Shown here piece by piece: positions 25,701-37,700 of a DNA stretch of 64,000 bases (the stretch's first letter is position 1; every line of letters begins with the position of its first letter). This DNA comes from Thalia democratica (Eukaryota): assembly GCA_965202585.1 (NCBI GenBank), contig OZ241829.1, positions 73,098,001-73,162,000 on the forward strand. Reading direction: 5' to 3'. The notes below the pieces were generated by a model. It was not told the DNA's origin and ran no database searches. It saw nothing but the letters and a program-made list of their open reading frames with translations. The position numbers were made by a program, and so were the translations under genes.

Positions 25701-28700
25701 GCTATGGTCAAAATATTTTCTACTTATACTCCTATTAGTGTATTTTGTATTTTGTAGATTCATCTCAATAATATCTACTTAGAAAAGTGTTACAGTTTCA
25801 AACCTACATAAATAAAAAACTAGCCATCAACTAAAGAATAAACTAGTTTTAACTTCTCAACCAGCTTTACTCATAAAGTTTAATGTATTTATTATATTTA
25901 TCTTAAAATAACTTATTTACTTAAAAAGAAAGTTTTTTAATTATGGCACTGTTAATCAATGACGTTAATTTTCATAAATATTTACTTTAAGCTAAAAATT
26001 ATTAAACTAATTTGAGAGAGATTTGACTATTACTATAAGCTGTATACCACTATTTTTTAATTTAAAGCTTTAAAAAAACCTTGGAAGTTTACAAAACATC
26101 CTTATTGTAACTTTCTCAACAGTGCCTAAATTCTTTCAATGAGGTTCTTAATGTAATGGACTTTAAAATGTCCCATTATAAAGGAATGAAGGTTCCTTCA
26201 TCACTGGCTGCTAAGAGGAGGAACGCAAATAGGAAAAACGTAAAACACGGCCCCATGGTCGAGGTATTTATTTTGAGTTAATATAAACAAAAAACGTTAA
26301 AAATATTTTATTTATACAAGTTTAATAGACATGTGTTTATCACGATTTATAAATGATAAGTTTGTTAAGTATTTTAGTCTGGGCTTTTTTAATGATACTT
26401 TAATAGTTGTTGGAAAAAGTCTTAAAAAAATTAAATAAGCTCTTGTTTTAGTAAACAACAAACCACGTTTGAACAAACATTAAGATACCTTTAGAACAAT
26501 TATTGCTACTTAAATATCTCTCTCAGCTATCTAAGTATTTTAAATAGCAAAGAAACTTAATAGATAAAATAAAATCTAACAAAACAAAGTAATAAACAAA
26601 ATTGAAAGTACTAGTAATAAACATACTGTATGCGTTTATTCTACTGAAAAAAAATAAAATTAAATTGACTATATTAAATAAAATTTGTGTGAAATTCTTA
26701 TCAGTAAAATACATTATCTAAATCATTAATAAATTCTCCGTTTTGATGTAGACCATATGGTTTTAAGTATACATTGTTCACATCTGTTTTAAAATTCAAG
26801 TACTTTTTAGTTCTTTCATGCTGAAATACTTAAGCAACTGAACAAATAGATTAAAGTCATCATGAATCGATTTAAATTGAAATAAATTTATGTAAAAAAA
26901 AGTATTTTTTTCAAACTTTAAATATTAAACTTAATATCTTTCATATAACAAAAACGTTTTTGTGCTATTTTGTTAGGTTTTCGTATTTATTAAAAGAGTT
27001 ATAGTTTGCCGGTACTAATAAAGCTCCAAAACTTTGATAATTGTTGTTTAATTAACCATATAAAGCAAAGCAATTGAAATAATAACAAGCAATACTCCAC
27101 AGTTAAGTGACGTATTAAGCTTTAATATCGGAAATGTAATTAGGTAGTTTCGGTAATTACACTCAATCGATAACATTCATTATAAGTGCTAAAGAAGTTT
27201 CAATTGAATGACAGTAGTGAGAATTTTATAATCGCTTTAATTAATTCAAACTTTTTACCAAAATTTTATTGTCTGAAAGAAATTTAACTGCCACACTAAT
27301 TTTATTATGCTTACTAAGCCTAATACACTTGTTACATGTTTTCACGAATATGTACACGAATTAAACTGATAATATTGTAAATATTTAGTTCAGTAATGGC
27401 AATTTACATTAGTATAAAAATTTAAGTAAAACAAAATTACAAATATAAAACAAGGAATGAAACAACCAGGTCTTTCCTGACGATAAAGTAGCTTCAAGTT
27501 TGTCTTAGTAGAAAATGCAAGTGAAAAAATAAATTAAAATATAAAACAAACAGGTGTTTCCTGATGGCAGCAAAAAGTTGAGGTACTGCTTCCTGACAAA
27601 GACAGAATTCATCATCACAAAGCAGAAGACACCTCCTGGGTTAGTTGTTAACAAATTTTATGTTTAAAATACATAAATTGTTGTTATTTGTGGCTTTTTA
27701 TAATAAAAAAGCACCTTGTGTTTTTGCCAACCAAAGTTCTTTAAATCTAATTTTGATTGTGTAATTTAGTATTTGAAAGATAAGTAAAAAGGTACCCAAA
27801 TTTATAAACATCATTTAAAAAAAATAAAAAAATAAAAGAAAGAAGAGTGTTGAGTATTAACCAGTTTAAATTTTTAGTACTGTTAAAACTAAAATCAGTT
27901 AAACTTTAATGTTTTATTATCTTTTGTTTTGACAAAAAAAAACGGATGTAGACGATAAATTTTTTTTGGTAACAAAAAACATACATAACTACATTTTTGT
28001 CTTCTTTGTGACCTAAATACAGAAAATGAAAAACATCATTTTTTAGCCTTAAAAAACTTTCAACTCAAATAAAGTTTTAGTCACGTCCTAACAAATTAAA
28101 AACAGCCAAGGAAAAAAACAAACATGTTTTTACATTTAATAACAACGCCCTACCATGTGACTTGAATCATTAGTTTAAGCTCATGACGGAAAATAACGTT
28201 TACTGCAAAAATCTTGTGGTTTTTGTTATGCAGATTTGACAATGCTCAATAAACTTTTCAAGTATATTGTAATAAGGCTTGTGTACACAGAATTTTCATA
28301 TAAAAGTTCACGTTTAAGTGTTTAATCTGGTTATATTGATTTCATAGCTACTTGTTTACATACTTGACATTAAAATGTTCTCAGTATTTAAGTGTAATAT
28401 AACTTTATACTTTAAAGTGAAATAACTAAGAAGAAGCTTTTATTAAATTTTTACCTATTATTGTACAGTACATACCTAAATAATAATTTGTTAAAAATAC
28501 TATCAAAAGTAAACTAGTACAAGTAAAATAACGATAAAAAAATGCTGTTTAATATTTTTGCTTACCTTACTTTCATTGTACAGAAACAAACTTACATTTT
28601 GAAAGCTGATTATAAGATTTTGTAAGCTACTTGAAATTTCCTTACACGTCCAGGCCTGTTTAAAATTTTGCTAACTTTGAAAAAAGTAAATATTTTGCCA

Positions 28701-31700
28701 AGAACTTAAATTAATTTCACTCAACTGTTTAAACAATACCAAATTTTTCTAGTTTCTTTTTGGTTTTTGTGACTATTTTTTAGTTTTCAAAGCTGAATGT
28801 CAAACTTTTACAGCGACTTGAAAGCTATTTTTAACTTTGAAAAAAGCATTTTAAATTGTTAAAAGCATATTAGTCACAAAAAAATTTCAATTGAAAGTTA
28901 TTATTACAAAACCTGTGTTTAAATATTCAATGTAAACAGTTTGCTTAGTAGCAGCAAAACTTTTTAGGTTGCCCTTTTAAGAATAACAAGTTAATAAGCC
29001 TTAAAACAACTAGGAAAATATTAAAAAAAGAAACAAGTTTTGAACTATAAGCAAGTGCAACTTGTTTTCTTAAAAAAAAGTAAAATTAATTATTCATTTC
29101 AAAACTTAAGTATTGTATAAGCAAGGTAACAAAATATGTTGACATTTTAGGGAAAATGTGATCAAAATACATTTTTGGCAAAACACACCAAAATTGGATT
29201 AAAAGTCGTAATTAAATTGAAACAAAAATAAACTTTGCCCTTTTAGAATGAAAATTATTTTTAAAATAAGCTTGGCAGCGCTTTAAAAAGGGGAAGAATA
29301 ATTTGGCATTGTTGTAATTATTTTTTGGAAGTAATCAATTAATAATAAAAAGTAGCTCAATACCGCTCAAGTGGTAGGAATTTTGCTAGTAAAACTGAAA
29401 TACTGAGAAGTAATTGGCTTTAAATAAGAGGAAGTTAGATTTAATCTTGCAATTTTTTTCAGCTTAGCATTGGGTTTGCAAATTACCTTTACGAGATTAA
29501 GTGAAAAACTTCAGATTTTATGTTTTTTTCAGACAAGTAAAGCTTTCAAAACCGCTTTGTTAATACCAAAAGTACTAGTAAGAAGAAAAAATATAAAGAT
29601 TTTCCGATAAAGGTTAAAAAAAGTATCCCCTAAAATTAAACAAACTTTAACGTAAATAATCTTTTTTAAGCATGATAAATCTCAAAACAAGTTTATTTGG
29701 TGTAACTTTATTGCGTTTCGAAATACATCCGAACTTAAATAAAAAACATGAGAAATTACATGTAAACTCTTGTGCAAACAAGTAAAACGTAGTAATGTAA
29801 ATGTGTTTACTATGATACAATGTATGTACATACTATGACAAAGTTGTGTAGTAAATTACATAGATGTTGTTGAACTTCACTTAATCATTAACTAATTTGT
29901 TTCATGTATGTTTATCAGTGTTTGTGGTTTGACTTCTGATTAATAGTTTTTGTGGCCGTTCACGTTTTCAAGTTTTTTATTAATTAATAACGTTTAATTT
30001 ACGTTTCTATGGTTTTCATTCAAAGTTAATTAAAAGCATACTCGGCTAAATGGTTAATTTTGTTCACTTTTCTGTAGTATCTTTTTTTTTTCTTTTTTTT
30101 TTCTTTTTTATTTTATTTTATATAACCTCGAAAAACTTTCTATGATTATATTTAATCATAAAGTTTACTCAACCAATATTTTAACTTTATTAATTTTTTT
30201 AATCTGTTTTTTGACATACGTTTTACTGATTTTTAACCACAGTAAACATCGTTGATAAAGTAGTAAACAGTGGTTGAATAAGCTTTGTGATTAATTAATT
30301 AGTCTACAATTTTAATGATGATTAGCCATTAAGTTTATTGGTTGTACGGTACGACTAGACTTTAAATTTTCTTCAATTGCGAATTTTAGCTGTTTAGAAT
30401 GCTTTATCATACTTTTATCAAAATGATATTTTTCCTGTAACTATTTATTCCCTATACTTTTAGTTTTGGCTTATGTGTTTAAATACTTACCGTTTAATCA
30501 TAGTATTACTATTTCCGCTTAATAATAAAACAGGAACAACTTGTGAAATGCATTTTGTTACAAAAATACTTCCTCAAACTTTAATTTTGTAAGATTAATA
30601 AAAACAAAAAAAAACAACAGTGTTTATTTTAATAAAATTTTAAAATAGTGATTATCTTTATAACTTGGCAAAACTCCCTTAGTTTAAACATCAAAACTTT
30701 GTTTTGAGAAAAAGTAACCGTAGAGTCAAATGAAAAAAAAAACTTCAAACAAGCATATCAATAAAAACTTGTGATAATAAATTAAGATTGAGTGGCCGAA
30801 TTGTATTTCATTTGTTTAGTTAAAATTAATACAATTTCCGGTCAATGTTATGTTTGAATGTATGCGTCATAATGCTGTTTTGTAAAACAAATGAAAACTA
30901 TTTTGAAAATATTTTAACATAATGGCCTGCATATTTACTTGATCAAACTAATATTTAATAAAGTTCTTGTTTTTGAATATGGACAGTTATATAATTTTTC
31001 AAACTGTAAAGTAAAAAAGTTTAAATTATTTTTATCTAATTTTCACAAAGTCTTTCGTATAAGAAGTCTAACATTTTGCTAAAAAATAATGTCTGACAAA
31101 TCTAAAAAATGCTAAATCTTAAAACAGCGGTTTAGTAAAATCGATAAGATTAGCATTTAAATTAGTTAATGATGAAGTACTGATGTTAAACTAATTATAT
31201 TAAAATATTTCTGTACCGATAATTATGTTACTTCCTGTTTAAATTTAGTTTACACCTACTCAGTAATAAAAATACTTTCATCTTCTCATTATTCAATTAC
31301 GCGTGTTAAATGTAGCATAACGTTTTTAAAGAATTTTATTTCTTATATAACTAGTCTAAAAATAACAGTGTAATAAAACTGTTTGAAAAATAAGAATTTA
31401 ATTTGCTGTTATAAAATGATTAAAGTTGTTTTCATAACAAGAATTTCCTTCTTAATTAAAGTTTCGACATTGAAATAAATAATATGCATTAATTAGAAAT
31501 TTAATAAATAATTTTTTTTACTTATGTTAATGACGAATGCTATGAGCAAATAAATGTTGTTTACAATTGTCAAAAGTTTTTAATAGATTGTTAATTTAAC
31601 TGAATAAGCTATTATTAATAGGTAATTAGTTTAAAAAATTCGCAAAAACGTTCAATTATTTAAGAACTTATGTAATTTTAAATTATGTTGACGCAAATGA

Positions 31701-34700
31701 AAACAAATTGCAATTTATTGTTGTTACTTCCTGTCCGCTAAAAATAGAACCTACAATTCAGTTCCTGGGTGGTAAATTCATTATGACGTCATTCAAAAGG
31801 GTTGTACTATGACGCATGACCGGTAACAGACAATAAGTAAGCATTAAACTGACAATTTTAAATTAAACATGTAAAAGTGTGGGAACTAATATGTTAACAT
31901 GCCGTTTTAATCCCCTGTCATGCTTGTAACCATGGAATAATTATAAATTATGAAGCATCCCTTTTACACAGGACAAAAGTAAAATTTGTAGACTATTAGC
32001 CCTAAAATCATGGTAAGAGTAAAGTCTTTACAAATTATATAAGATTGAATCAGCTATTATGTCATAAGCTTGATATAAATAAAAGTTTCTTATGAGCTTA
32101 ACATAAATTGTAAAACTATTCTTTTATCCCTAAAACCGAGGTGTATATGAAATCCTTTTTGATTTAGGTATGAATGCATATAATATTTTTTTTAAATAAA
32201 CTTGATATCCTTTTGTTTGATAACAATCTATCGTTTGAAATAAAAGTAATTTTTTGTTATTGATACTTAGAAACTTAAATTACCTACATAACAAACTATT
32301 CTATTAGTTAAAATGAGAATTAGATTACAAACACACCTTGTTGTAAAATTTAAGCAAACAAACGATAATGAATTTACGCGAACAATTTCGTCCAAGAATT
32401 TATCGACCTGTTTACTTAGACAAAAACGTTTAGCAATTATCGATTGTTATTTGACATAAAAACGATAAAAGATTTGTCGTTGTTTGCCCTTTAATAAGCA
32501 CCAGTGGTAGTTTGCATTGTAACTATTTTAAATGTTGTTTTCCATATAGCATTTTGTGAGTATTTTTCAAAAACTATTTTAAGTTACAGGATATGTTTAT
32601 TTTTAGAAAAACGGCATTAACTGTATGTAAGTGACGTAGTTAAAAAAAATTGTTTTGTTTTTGTTTTCTTGATTATATTCTCTTTACTTTGTCGTCTGTA
32701 TTTTTACAAACTAGTCTGTCTACTTTATTGAAATTTGAAGTTATATATTAATATTGCAAACATGTTACAATTTAAGTTTGGGTATTCAACGTGAAATTTT
32801 GTGAACTAAAACATAACTTTTAATTCAATAAAAAATATGTTTATTTAAGTTTATAACAATTAATAGCTAAATTTAGTTTACACTTATTTAACTTTCTAAT
32901 TAGCACAATTAATAATAAATTATTTTACAAACAGAGTATACAAGAACGTGAGGGCACAATATGAATTGAAAAACTTTGTGCAGCTCTCCGATGTTACGTT
33001 TCAGCCGGTTTCAGAAGACCGTAAGTTTATACTTTCGTTTTTATTTAGTTAAAAAACAATTATCTATATGCACTTTGAAATAACTTGAAAAACGTTATTA
33101 TTTAAAATTTTAATATTAAAAGTTGTTATTTACCTGGTAAAAAGATGTGTTGTACAAGCTATTTAATTAATGTAATGGTATTACGTTTAAATATACTGTT
33201 TACTATGTTACTTGCTATACGTACAACAAACTTAAAAAAATTAGGCTTTAAATTCTATAAACAAATTGCATAAACCAGTTTGTCAAACTTATATCCTTAT
33301 AAGGATATACAGATGCATAAAGATCTCGTGACAGTTTGGCCACGTTGAACTTTTTATTCATTGTTCAAAGCTTTTTTTAATACATCACCTGCTTCTTTTG
33401 TTTGTTGAGAAACAAAACAGACTTTTAATTTTTTTTAGTTTTCTAAAGTATTTTACTTTTTAGACTGTTTGAACCGAAAAATAAATAATGAAACATAAGT
33501 TAAACATAAAATTATTAACAACTCTGTAGTTGATAAATATATTATTATATTCTTAAAACACTATTCGCTAATATTAGCATAGAACTGTTATATTACGTGT
33601 TTGATGCACAGATATTGATGAAAGTGACATTTAATAATGATAAAATATAAAAATTTTTCTTAAATACTCACAAAAACTTTAGTTGAAAAATAATTGTGTC
33701 TTCTCTCGTTAGATTTGAGGTAGATTGTATAACAAAGTTAATGTATAGGTTTTAAAGAAAACTCCATCAAAACCTATACAGTACAACATACACAAATATC
33801 TAATACTTTCAAATATTTCAGTCGAGATACCTCCTCAGGACGCAGACATTGGCATGACGTGGAGAATGATTCAGCAATACAGATCCGAAATTGAAGAGGA
33901 GTTGGTGAAACATATGCAGAAGAAAAAGAACAAGGTGAATAAAGTTTTTCTAGTTGCTTTGATATTCTTCTTGATTATTTCAGTTTAAAACGCTAATACA
34001 TTATTTAATTTAGTTGAATTTGTTTCTAACATTTGTTTTGTGGGGATTTTTATGTTTTAATATTTCATCATATTTAAAGTTTTGTTTTTGACTTAAACTT
34101 TGTAAAAAATCTCTAGTTCTAAAGTTTATGTTATGAACAAGATTGATTAAAAAAAGTCAATTAATAATTGCTTCTATTCTCAAAGTTTATTTAAGATTTT
34201 TAAACTCAACAAAGTTTATTATAACTTAGTAATGAAGCATATACATTTACACTCGTTTAATACTCAGCTTTGATTTACAGAATTCGCTAATTAAGTTTAC
34301 CCAAGAACCCCAGTCAACGAGGGAGAAAAAGCTAAGGAGGTTATTGGATGCTGAGACACAGAAATATAGTGAAAAAAGGTGCAGCCTTCCTTTCAGGTTT
34401 GTTGGTTTTATAAGTTAAAACTTATGCGCTAAGGTAACGTATTAAATATAAAAATATTTATTACAAACACTGTTGGCTTAAAAAAAATAACAATAAAATG
34501 GTTATTTACTAAGTTGTAAAAGTTAATTTATACTAAAATTTACTTAAACTAGTCAAACTAGTTAACAAACTTTTTTCTTGTATATTAACTAGTTATTATG
34601 ATTTGAATTAATTGTATTTACTTTGGTTTGATAAATCAAAAACAAAATAAGCTACAACTAGTTACCCAAAGTATTACTTAAAAAACAAAACGCTGAAAAT

Positions 34701-37700
34701 TATAAAGAAAGTTATTAACAGTAAAACGCAAGTTATTTTTGTACATGTAGTACTAGTTTAAGTTTAAAGTTAAAAACGAAACTGTGCATTCTAAAGAAAA
34801 GATAATTGTAGGTAAAAAGCAATTTTTTAATCTAGCTTTTGGATGTTGCTTAAATTAAATATTAATGTTAAGTACAAATTGCAACTATAAATAATTAACG
34901 AAGTTGTTTAGCTGTTAAGAAAAAAATTGCATGTACAAAAAGCTTAACTACTTTTGAAGTAAAATTCTGTCAAAACCATGGAACTTCTGATTGATTATAC
35001 GGAATATACATAATTATACCCAAGAAATACAAAACATTTGCAGTTAAAAACGCATTAAAGCAACAATTATTTCTAAAGTATTTTGGTATTGATAAATTAC
35101 ATTGAAGATATTTGAAAAATCACTGTAGATTTTTGTATCTAATGAAAGTTTGTTGATCAACAGGTTTTATTTTTTTATTTACTATAATGTAGCCAAAAGG
35201 GAAAAGAGTTATTTAAAATTATTATTTTAATAATGGAACTTTTGTGCCGGGCATGTTTAACAAACAATCTTTTAACTTAGTTCACCTGAGTGCAATAAGT
35301 TCATTTAAAATTAAAATTGTATTAGTCACGTACTAATGCTAGTAGATGCTACCATGTTCTACACAAACTCAATTATGATTGATTTCACCAAAACTTTTTT
35401 ACAAGTTTGGTCTGCTGGTAAAGTGACTTTAACAAAGACAAATAACATTTTTGTTTCTAATTTATAAAAGTCTTTCTGTTTATTTTCAATCAGACAAAGC
35501 ATAAATTTACACGTATACGTTGTGTCTAAGTTGGTTCTAAAACTTACTTTAAGTATAAGTTAAGAATTCAAAACATTTTTTAAATCCACAAACAAAAAAA
35601 AAATTATAAAAAAAAAAACTTACAAGTATAATTAAAATTTAATTCATCAAACTATTTTCGTTCACTAGTTTTAGAACTCGAAGTAGCTTTGCGGTTTTCA
35701 AAGGTATTTAACCTGTCTGGTACATCAGCTCAAGACAGAATATTTACAAGTTTTTTCTGACACAGACACAACATTCGCTTAAAATGTGATTAATCACACT
35801 CTCATTGTTTATTCGTTTTAAACATTAGCAAAAATTCTTGCGGTCACATTTTCAAGTGCTTAAGCCGTCTGCTAATATCAACTCAACATGTCTCGTTGGT
35901 TTATATATATATATACTACAAGTGAACTGGCGTCAACAAGTAGCTACCACTAGACTGCAGTGACAGTTTGAAAAGAGACCACACAAATATTGAATGGTTT
36001 CAGATTGACACGAGTTAAATATACTGAGAGCGTATGTGCAAAAAGTTAAGTAGCTTGGTACGAATGGCTCTAGTTATTTTGATTCATGAGATAGTTTGAA
36101 TATAGCACATTTAACTTTTAAACTGAAAAACTACTTTGAAATAATATGTCTATTGAGCTTACGTATCATTGAAAACTTTGTTTTATCATTCTCTTAGCAC
36201 TAAGCAGTTTATTAATATTTATAGTGTCTAAGTTTTTCTAACTAACTTACAGTTTTTTTAGTTTGAATAAATCGTACAAATAGTTTTAATGTTTTAAATG
36301 TGTAATTGGTTAAGTAATATAATGTAAAGTAGTAAATAAAAAGAGTAATAATAATACGCTGAAAATGTGAGTTATGTTTTAGGTTATGCTTAAGAACTGT
36401 TATATATTAAAACAGTTATATATTTTCAAAAGCTCTCGCAAACCTAATTGAAAACTTATCCTAAAAATATCTTTTAAAATTTCCATAAATATAGTTAACA
36501 TTACTTAAAATATGCAAAAAAAAATCAAAGCTAAAGACTTTTCAAATTATTTTTGTATTAAATTTAGAATTTTATATCTGTGTACTTTTCCTGTGTACAA
36601 TGACGTAACGAATAAATAGGTCATTAAAGTTTTTCTTTTAAAAGTATTAGTTTGTTATTGTAAGTCGTACTGCCTAGTTATATAAAAAAAATATCAAACG
36701 AACTACTAAATAAAGACTTCAAACTATTGATGAGAAAATAGAGTATGATTATAAACTGTTGTTTACATGTTGTAAGGTTTAAATAACGTTTAAGTTTTTG
36801 TAGGAAGTACATTAGCTTTGAAGTTATAACATTTTTTGTTACAGACTATCTTGTAATATATAACCAAGGTTGGTTAAGTTATCAAGTAAAAGTATTGGTT
36901 TAAAGTTATAAACTCATAAAAACAATATAGATAAAACTCAAAATACAAAACTGGCCAAGTTTTAATACACAATTAACTTTATACTAATCATTGATACATT
37001 TATATACAGTAATTGTAATTTAGTTCTATTAGCCATAAAACTTACATTCTTGAATAAATTCAACATGATCAAAAATAATACTTTATTGTAATCTTAGAAA
37101 TAAACAGTAACGACAATATCAAAACAACAAATATTACAATTATCAGTATTTTTTTTCTTCTAACAGGCTGTACATAGGTGCAAAACCCATGCTTTTCCTG
37201 CTATCCAGCGAGATGCAAGTAGCAGATTGGAAGGAGAAACTTGCAATGCAGCACGTATCCTGCTGGAACAAGAAGCAACTCACCAAGGAGGAAATTGTGT
37301 CGTTTCTCAACGAACAGGCCAGCAAAATAAGACATAACGTTAGTATCGAAATTGTTTATTGTATTTTGGTTAAATTTTCTAATAAAGTTCATTGTATATT
37401 GGCTCAAACTGCATTTTATAGTATTTATTGTATACTAAATAATATAAAAGATTAAGGTTTTAATTACATTTATAACCGTGTTTACAACCTTACAACTAGT
37501 TTTCAATTCAGGCAAACGTTAAAGTAAATGTTTTTTTCTTCAGTCACTTGCTGCAAATATGCTGTCTGAATGTGAGAACCCTGAGATCCTAACGGGAGAA
37601 CTCGATGTAACTGTTCATTCTGCATCTGGATTTGATGCTGTTTGTGGTAAGTATTTGTTTGTTTACTGTTATCAAAACTACCAGTTAAAAAGTGTAGAAA

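Noticed and set aside
33290-33309. 20-bp perfect palindrome, and a 12-bp inverted repeat at 33742-33780
   Set aside because: Both are AT-rich and short, with no TSD or repeat context; not interpretable without genome-wide counts.
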